DNA from: a bacterium
Lineage (GTDB): Bacteria; UBA8248
Direction: 5' to 3'
Assembly: GCA_965213685.1 (NCBI GenBank)
Contig: CBDBZY010000041.1
Coordinates: forward strand, 128,001 to 192,000
Length of the DNA stretch: 64,000 bases
In this document: piece after piece, positions 53,601 through 64,000 of the stretch
Position numbering within the stretch: the stretch's first letter is position 1
Layout: every line of letters starts with the position of its first letter
The notes under the pieces: model-generated
Databases searched by the model: none
Told to the model about the DNA's origin: nothing
Seen by the model: only the letters and a program-made list of their open reading frames with translations
Translations under genes and position numbers: made by a program

Positions 53601-54148
53601 TTTGTTATGCTGTGCATATACATGTACATGCTCATGTACTTGAATATTTATGTACCATTATAGTGGTTGACTGAAGAGTTTCTGCCGTATCTTGACCAAT
53701 GGGAGGAGAGTGTGATGGCAAGGAAGGATGTTACAAATGCCGCCAAGAAGATGATGATGCTGAGTATGGAAACACTACAGGGTTTAAAGCTAACAGGTAT
53801 AAACAATACACTACAAATATGCTCTCAACTAACATGTATTCCTTTGTTCTTACAGTGCACTCCTTTGTAGAAATGGTGAAGTACCTGTTCACCCTCCCAG
53901 ATGTTACAGTATTCTTAAGTAACCACATCTGTCAGGACCCCCTCGAGAAGTTTTTTGGGCAACAGAGACAGAGGGGTCGAGTGAACGAAAACCCCAATGT
54001 CTTGGAGTTTATAAGGAATACTCAAGCCCTTCGTATTGTTAACACAACCTGTGCTAACATTAAAGGCAACTGCAGAGGAGACCGCAAAAGAGGAATAGAA
54101 GATATAGAGAACATGCCTATACCTAAACGTAGATGCCACCACAAATAA
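50681..54148 (+). CDS. P-element/THAP9-family transposase, 8 exons, about 857 aa, no THAP domain
   Basis: Exons 50681-50972, 51064-51378, 51440-52195, 52508-52938, 53047-53205, 53374-53568, 53664-53796 and 53856-54148 splice in frame. Motifs: YELLR..LPSQRTLRDY, LIMDEMHI, CDGLAANR, SDPPHLLKTVRN, KMRVDLAAQ, DKFFDCLN, QDPLEKFFGQQR. Confidence 0.92.
52314..52424 (+). mobile_element. Partial tRNA-derived SINE-like repeat inside a transposase intron
   Basis: GAGTAACCCTG..GGGGAGAGAC..GAGCTGCCTCGGTGGCTCAGCTGGTACAGCATCTGCCT (A-box); related to 2632-2775. Confidence 0.5.
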
Positions 54149-54224
54149 TGCATATGTATACATGTATACTATATTGATATGTACAATAATGCTGCAATAA
54201 TGGATTAAAAATTTCAATACAGGT

Positions 54225-55304
54225 TTAATGCTTTGATGAATAGAGTTCTCTGCGCAATGATTTCTTTCGTTGGAGAGTCTGCTTTGTGTTCTGTTTGTAC
54301 ATTTCCACACATGACTTAACAAAAGCAAATCCACGTACGCTTATGTAGAGCTGTGTGATTTTGGATAACAACTTTGAAGCAACGCTGTCATCAACCATTG
54401 CAGTCAATAAACTCCACTGAAACAAAATGTCATCATCATTCATGAGGGCACTGTGTATCTGATCTTTTGTGTCCCCTCTGAGTTGAGTTATTGCTCTAGT
54501 GGTGAAGTACCGACGGATTTGCTCCTCCATAATTGCGAATAGCATGTATGTGGAGTCACTGATGTGCCATAATCCTCCTCTATCAATCTTGTTGACCCAC
54601 ACCTCAGTCTCTCCATCTTCATCTGTCTCATCCCCAGCCAAAGAGAGAACACAAAAAATCATATCATCTTTCATTGTTGATGATGAAGACTCCAGATCTT
54701 CCCGTACCTTCCTACATACATACCCTGCTACGTACCGCAGAGCATTCTGTTCCTCAAATGTTAGTGGTCGATCAGGGTGCTCAGATGACTGGGTAGCTGG
54801 TGGCAAGGGGAATTCAGCTTTGATCAACTCCTGGAGTATGTGATGTGACACGAACTGAAAGAAACCAGGGTGAGCTCTGTGTCCAATAGAACTTTGTAGA
54901 AACCTGTTCCAATCACATCGAAATGTTTTCGAGCTACGTAATCGGTGATATGCTTTCCACATTCTCTCCCTCCTTAGTCGTAGAGAGGTGTACTTTCGAC
55001 AAAAACATGCCTTCAGGCAAACCACCAGAACTTGAGAATGTGAGTAGAGGAAGATACGGTTCTCATGCCTCACACACCACTGAGACAGAGCAGAAGCAGT
55101 GGAGATTGCTGCCTTATTTGCTGGACATGGTGCTTTAAAGCTGTCGTCGTCAAGGACTGCATGGACTGCTTTTGTAAGCATCTCCACCGGTTCTGTGAGC
55201 AAAGCAACAATCTAAAGTGACACTTTGCAACAATACCCCAGGATATTTACTACCCCATCAAATTATCTCTACTCCATACACTTACCAATGGAGTTGCTAG
55301 CCAT
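54225..55304 (-). CDS. Second transposon-encoded protein (about 328 aa) resembling the P/THAP9 transposase C-terminal region
   Basis: Exon 55304-55286 (MASNSI, phase 1) joins exon 55192-54225 through ttgctttgctcacag. Motifs EEQNALRYVAGYVCRK, KIDRGGL, LLSKITQLYISVRG, then a basic tail. Confidence 0.75.
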
Positions 55305-56471
55305 CTCGGTCCACAGCGTCAGTCACCTACGATTCGTGGAGAATAGCCACGTACGATAGAGCAAGCGCTGACGGTAGGCAATAATTGGAATACGCAACGG
55401 CGCTTCCGCTAAATGTTACTGCTTCCGGTACAACGCGGATCGACGTGTGAAGTGGTGTGAATTTAGCTCCGTTTCCAATCCCGTTCCGTGAGGTTAAATA
55501 TCTATGTTTTAACTGTACCTTGTCCAGTAATGAGTGAAAGATGTAATGAGTACATTTAAAAGAATGAATAAGTGATAATTCTTGCTTGCACGCTTACTGC
55601 TTACTGAAGCTTAAGATTGTGACTGTGAGTCTGTGAGTCATGGGATATCCAAATGGTCATCTGCGCAAGAACTATGAAAGAAAGAGACAGGCCTTGAAGA
55701 GAAACCCAACTGGTCGTCCAAGAAAGCTTAAGCTTCATGCCAATAAGCAGGTGTTTAATGTATTATTACAAATTGCTAACAGTAGCTGAAATTAATATAC
55801 ACATCTCTGGTAATAGGATGAGTGCAGCACTTCACCTCTCATTGATCTTATGTTTCATTACTACCAAGTGGCTGGATTGATCAATCACCAACCTCTCTAG
55901 ATAAGGCCTCTGTCAACAGAAAAATTTTCCGCATGCACCAGTCCAACTCAAGTGAAGTGACTTTCAAAGTTCCCAACCCATACAGCAGCGATGGCCGCTT
56001 CATATATTTTATCTCTGATATTCCATATCTCGTCAAGACCGTGAGGAACTGTTGGTCAAATTCTTTTGGACATAGCTACAAACGAGCTTTGTGGGTATGG
56101 ATACAAATATGCATGTGCATCATTATCATCTCTACACTTACATATAAACATACACACATACACACAACAGATCATTGGACAGCACATCAGCTGGGACCAC
56201 TTGAAGAAAGTGTATGAACGTCGAACACAGTCGGGTGTGGCCCTCGTTCCGAAGCAGCTCGCTCGCAGAACAATAAAACACCGCTCGAGCTGACGCTAGC
56301 GCCGGTCGTTACGCGATACATGTTCCTAAGGGATCACGTGACCGTAACGTGGATTGCGGAAAACGCTCAATTACGTTGCCAATCCCGTTAGCGTGTATTA
56401 TCTATGATTGTACACAGCTGTGTCGGGCCAATTTCCGTGAGGCGCGTCTCCGCGAGGCTCCTCATGACGAG

Positions 56472-57356
56472 ATGGCAGAGAGAAGTGACTTTAGACTTGT
56501 CCGTTTAGCACCTACTGCACTGGTAGGTTTGCTGAAGAAATTGGAGTCGGGGCTGCCAAGGACGAGTGGATTACGTTCCTCTGCCAAGAACGTACTAGAA
56601 GGTCGTGTGGAAGGGACGTTTTACACTGACGGATGGCCGGAATTCACGACGGTTGTCTTTGAAATACTTCAACCCAGATTCTCCGATATTTGCGACCTTT
56701 ACTGTTACACTACCTCCAAACCACACCTGGTTCGTCTCCTCGAGCAAGCCCACTTGGTGACAGTGGGTCGCTGGCAATTCCTTCAAATTATTGAGGACGA
56801 TGATAGAACTATGACGGACTATTTGATCCAAAATCTCCAACCTGATGGAGATGCCAGGTTGAGCCCTGGTGACTACTCAGTATATGAATGTGGGATGTAC
56901 GCCTTGCTGGGGCAGCTCCCAACTACCAGTGCCAAGTGTCCTGTGGGGTACAGACTTGGAGAGCTGGTAGCTGAACACAGCACACTCGTGTCATCTCAAG
57001 CAGAAATGTGGACTGCTTCTATTGGACGGCCTGTTAGTGTAGTCGAGGAATATCATAAACAGTGTATCCAGAGGCTTGACAGTGCTGCTGTTTTCCTTGA
57101 TTCTGATTTTTCTACACCAGTGGCTTGGCAAATGCAGCATGGAATCAGCGGAGAGTTGGGAAACCTCTTTACCATTGAGGAACATCGAAGGAAAGGGTTA
57201 GCTACTGCTGTCAAAAGAGCAGTATGTCAAAAAATTCTTGCTCGAGGTGACATTCCAATTTCTTCAGTTCATGATGACTCGCCGAGTGTGAACTTGCAAC
57301 GCAAGCTAGGTTTTCAGCAGGTTTGCAGAGTAACAGAAGTATACTTATACTGTTGA
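56472..57356 (+). CDS. GNAT acetyltransferase, glycine N-acyltransferase (GLYAT)-like, intronless
   Basis: FYTDGWPEFT N-terminus; PVAWQMQH..GELGNLFTIEEHRRKGLA acetyl-CoA motif; ..SVNLQRKLGF. Confidence 0.82.
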   Translation: MAERSDFRLVRLAPTALVGLLKKLESGLPRTSGLRSSAKNVLEGRVEGTFYTDGWPEFTTVVFEILQPRFSDICDLYCYTTSKPHLVRLLEQAHLVTVGRWQFLQIIEDDDRTMTDYLIQNLQPDGDARLSPGDYSVYECGMYALLGQLPTTSAKCPVGYRLGELVAEHSTLVSSQAEMWTASIGRPVSVVEEYHKQCIQRLDSAAVFLDSDFSTPVAWQMQHGISGELGNLFTIEEHRRKGLATAVKRAVCQKILARGDIPISSVHDDSPSVNLQRKLGFQQVCRVTEVYLYC

Positions 57357-58553
57357 GTTTAATAATTATGTTTTTCTGTCACCATGCAGAATTCGAATTT
57401 TTATACTAAGGTCTGCTCAACGATAGTGGGTCTACATAATTATTATAGTTCAAGAATAGTAATATCCTGCATTTTCGGACCTTAGCTCACGTTTTGCAAA
57501 TGTTCTGTGCCTAAAGTCCTTCAAAACTGTGTTGTTGTCACTGCCATGTGACTGTCACATGATGAAACGTTGGATTATTCCCCGATGATAGTATAGTGTG
57601 TCTCTCTAGCAAGTACATAAAATTCTCAGCAAATTCAAAAGTGGGGCTATATATACCTCTCTTCATGTGAAACACTGCATGTATATGCCTGAAAATGCTG
57701 TTTCTAGTCTCTCTACACATGCATGCAAAATGATTGCTGGACACACTAACTTATATATGTGTGTTGGACTAGTTATGGCTTCATGTAGCCTCATGTCCAG
57801 GTTGCAAGCAGGCCTGGAAAGGTTCTAGCTAGCTTCACAAGGGAACATTGCGGAGCCATGCCTTCTCGTGTACGAGGGGGCATGCATGGCTATTGGTCTG
57901 TCCATCAGTAACTGTTCAGCGTCTTCACTGCAGAAATAGAATTATTGCGAGTTGCACCTTTGTAAACTTCCCCCCATGTACTATACAATCACAATTCTGT
58001 TTTACTACACAATTTCTTGTCATGTGGCCCACAGCACAGCCCAGAATATAATTATATATAGCTGTAATGAAAATAATGTTATTAATTTTGTAGCATATGA
58101 AAGTGCAGTTTACATAGCCTTACAACTTATGTGAAAAGGTCTTCGTTGAAGTAACAATGTCAAATGTTTTGCTGTGCATTGTTGGAAAAAGCCTTGGCTG
58201 TTCAAAGTGGAAAGCTTGGGTGATAAAAATGTATACTTATGCAAATATAAATTGGTGTCTTTTGGGTAGTCTCATTATCCACTGAGAGAGGTTCCAATCC
58301 TTCAAGGGACCACAATGGCTCTGAAGTACATGTATGGTATATCCCTTATAATGCCCATAAGCATGTATTTATGCATGGTTTTCAACAGTTTATACTGCTG
58401 GCCACAAATATCCGATTGCGGTGATCTAGTAGTATGTGGTGACTAAAGGGGTGTGCATGTATAGCGCAGCGCTAGTGTACCCTGCACCCAAGCGCTAATA
58501 AGAGCCCGTCGGTGTAAAGTGCTGAGTCAGCACTTTTTTCGAACTTTGTTGAG

Positions 58554-59154
58554 TAGTCTCGCGTAGCCAGACTCTCTCCGCAAAAGCGAGAGAGAGTCTA
58601 GTCAACTGCCCATATAAGACTTGTTCTTCACACCCCCCGAAAAACGGGGGGGTGATAAGTGGGTGCTGGCCACAATGTTTTCATAGCGACATTGTAGCAA
58701 GAAATGTCAATATGGCTTGTCTATGCTTATCCTTCAGTTCCTTTGTGACTGCAGCTGCTGATATTGCATCTTCAAGCTCTATTTTCTCTGTCATGCCTGC
58801 TGCCTTGGATGCAATAATACTGCCTGCACCTCTAAAAACTGAGTCGCACTGGTCAAATGCTACTAGTAGTGATCTAACACCTAGAGGAATGATCTACAGG
58901 ATATGAGTTAAGCACTGTATGAATACAAGGGTGGTGAATAAACGTGAAGCTAAAGGATATTACTGCACACTTGTAGTACATAGAGCAAATGTGCAACAGC
59001 GCGTGTCTTGCTAGAAAATGTCGCTATGAAAACATTGTGGCCAGCACCTACTTAACACCCCCGTTTTTCGGAGGGTGTGAAGAACAAGTCTAATATGGGC
59101 AGTTGACCAGACTCTTTCTCGCTTTTGCGGAGAGAGTCTGGCTACGCGAGACTA
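58554..59154. mobile_element. Non-autonomous element with TIRs of about 145 bp and 9-bp TSD (AcademH/Mutator-like)
   Basis: TAGTCTCGCGTAGCCAGACTCTCTCCGCAAAAGCGAG.. mirrored at the right end; TTTGTTGAG duplicated. Confidence 0.88.
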
Positions 59155-59628
59155 TTTGTTGAGCGTTTCTGCTTTAGTCTGGGGGCAAGGAAGTTGATTT
59201 TTGTTCTGAAAGCTTACAAGCACTCGCTATGCCTGTGGAAGCAACGAGAGTTTTCTGGGACAAAGCAATTCATAATTAGGCCCTGTTCAAGCACTAAGCG
59301 CTCAATGTACATAGTCTCGTAAGCCAGCTGCAGCCGTATTTTTCCCACGAGCGAACGGAAAAATGCTACCAATCTGCTTTGTCCCATAAAAATACCATCC
59401 AAGGTCACTTCAAAATGTTACCGCATGCGCTAAAGTTACCTAATTTGCATTACGGTCAATAAAGGGATACACTGCACTCATAGAGCTTATATACCACAGA
59501 ATCTACGCCTTCATCATTATTACCGCTATCTTTGTGTGCACTGTACAATACAAGTACAAAGTGCAGAAAAAAGTGAAGTGCTACAGTTTATTTCACTTTT
59601 GAGTGACTAACTATGAAGCATGTAATGA

Positions 59629-62438
<2,810 letters not shown>

Positions 62439-62851
62439 CTAAAAAGAGAGAAGAAACACTCGTACCTACAATATCATATCATACCATGGTGAGGCACTCC
62501 AAGTGCTACTGTATGTGCTCTGGAATTGAAAGGTTTCCCTGGATTTATACTATGACAGTAATTCGCATTATACTTGGGCTTATAGTCCAACACTAAAGCA
62601 TGATTACTAAGGTAAGGTCTTCAGACACCACATAATCAATGTCCAGGCTCAAACTGTGAGTTGCACCTTATTTCAGAGTGGTCTGTATGTAACATTATTC
62701 ATAGGAGGTCACAGGAATGCTGTTATGGTACAAGAATCAGATGCTTGTGGTTTATACAGAGTATACCTGTGGCTTCCATTTTGATAAACCACTCCAGCAG
62801 TGATGTACATGTTACAACATGTACATCACTGCATCTGTCAGATCATCACTG

Positions 62852-64000
62852 CAGTGTTGTATTAGTTAACTGCTACTACAACTAAAACATCTTAGTTTTG
62901 TGCAACTAACAAAAGAGTTCATCATAACTGTAACTAACACTACTCTCAAGTACCCACCATAACCATAACTTTAACGTGTTGTAATTTGAAGGACCAAGGC
63001 TGATTCTAACCAATCAGGAATTGAGGATTACTAGTAGACTATACTAGTATTAGTATTAGTAAGTGCGCATGCGCATTTGAATTTGTGTCATATGACATGC
63101 ACGTGAGTGTGTGACTACCTCGTGTTGCTGAAGTTTGAGTTGTTGCCACCGTTTGAGATGTCTAAAGCTAGTGGTAGTCATTCTGGCCGTCCTAGGGAGA
63201 GCGCTGTCTGGAATTATTTCTTTTATGACAGTACCAAAGGCAAGAGTACATGCCAAGTGTCAAGCGGCGACGCCAGCGAGAGCTCGGTCTGTGGCATGGA
63301 AATCAACGGGAAGTATCCAACGAATCTGAAAGCGCACCTCAAAGCGAAGCATCCTGGTCGGTATACCGAATTGTGTAAAATGGAGGAGGAACTAAAGGAA
63401 AAGGCGAAACAAAAGCATGGTCGTGAAGTGAAGTTGGCGACCCAGCTGTCCATTGAGGATGCTACCAAGAGGACGAAGAAGTACACAAAAGAAAGCGAAA
63501 AGTATCAGAAGATAACTCGGAAGCTAGCCACGTTTGTGGGCGTTGGCTATGTGGCAAACTCGATTGTTGACAGTCAAGAATTTCGTGACTTGATCGCCGA
63601 ACTCGATGATCGCTATACTGTTCCCAATCGCGCGGCTATTTCGAAAGAAATGGACCGGGTGTTCGTGGACTTGAAAGCGTCGCTTCTGTCCGTACTTCGT
63701 GACTCCCGTAGGGTCTCACTCACTGTAGATATTTGGTCCAGAAAGAGCATGACTGCCTCATACTTGGGAGTGACGGCACACTTTTTTACACGCTCTGACC
63801 ACAAAAGGAGAAATGCAACCATAGCTGTTAGGCGATTGCCATCACCACATACAGCTGAAAGGGTGGAGGAAATTGTGGAGGAGGTGATGGGTGAATGGGA
63901 GCTCTCAAGAGACAAAGTTAGCGCCATTTTGACAGACAATGGCAGCAATATGGTTGCAGCTTTTCGTGAGTGGGTGGATATGGAAGCAGATCCTGAAGAT
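62852..64000 (+). mobile_element. hAT transposon, 5' part, running off the window
   Basis: Putative terminus CAGTGTT at 62852 with AACTAA subterminal repeats, followed by the transposase ORF. Confidence 0.7.
63158..64000 (+). CDS. BED-finger hAT transposase (ZBED4/Ac-like), partial
   Basis: Open from ATG 63158: SAVWNYF..C..C..TNLKAHLKAKH (BED), SLTVDIWS..SYLGVTAHF, PHTAE, ILTDNGSNMVAAF. Confidence 0.92.
   Translation, partial: MSKASGSHSGRPRESAVWNYFFYDSTKGKSTCQVSSGDASESSVCGMEINGKYPTNLKAHLKAKHPGRYTELCKMEEELKEKAKQKHGREVKLATQLSIEDATKRTKKYTKESEKYQKITRKLATFVGVGYVANSIVDSQEFRDLIAELDDRYTVPNRAAISKEMDRVFVDLKASLLSVLRDSRRVSLTVDIWSRKSMTASYLGVTAHFFTRSDHKRRNATIAVRRLPSPHTAERVEEIVEEVMGEWELSRDKVSAILTDNGSNMVAAFREWVDMEADPED

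Larger units (their letters stand above)
50014..55506 (+). mobile_element. Inner, apparently intact autonomous P-superfamily element carrying two genes
   Basis: Perfect 39-bp TIR CATAGATATTTAACCTCACGGAACGGGATTGGAAACGGA; 7-bp TSD TTTTAAC. Confidence 0.95.
49521..56406 (+). mobile_element. Outer P-superfamily element, internally deleted, split by a nested insertion
   Basis: Perfect 34-bp TIR CATAGATAATACACGCTAACGGGATTGGCAACGT; 7-bp TSD ATTGTAC; residual transposase NRKIF..NPYS..IYFISDIPYLVKTVRNCW..ISWDHL at about 55910-56230. Confidence 0.93.

Noticed and set aside
56349-56471. N-terminal extension of the GNAT ORF
   Set aside because: It runs through the P-element TIR; ATG 56472 is the plausible start.

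Overview
Intron-rich animal genomic DNA. Short GT-AG introns, pervasive TACATGTA tracts, Calx-beta repeats, death-fold exons and intronless beta-helix multipass receptors point to a demosponge; this is an inference. Host genes in order: the 3' end of CSTF1; a transmembrane semaphorin with Sema-PSI-Calx-beta architecture and two in-frame stops; a fragment plus two intact copies of a beta-helix/Cys-rich multipass receptor (about 17 vs 7 coils); a death-fold gene fragment; a tandem trio of intronless short GH7 glycoside hydrolases (2 intact, 1 pseudogene); a GLYAT-like GNAT; and the 3' end of a Q-rich, possibly MED25-like gene. The most striking feature is an intact 5.5-kb P-superfamily transposon (39-bp TIRs, 7-bp TSD) nested inside a related P element. 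It encodes an 8-exon transposase lacking the THAP domain and the usual C-terminal region, plus a convergent second gene that resembles that missing region, suggesting a two-component P element. Also present: Penelope-like fragments with minimal hammerhead ribozymes (one lies sense in a semaphorin intron), a hAT transposase, a piggyBac relic, and many MITEs with readable TIRs and TSDs. All calls come from reading the sequence and recalling family motifs; no searches were run.
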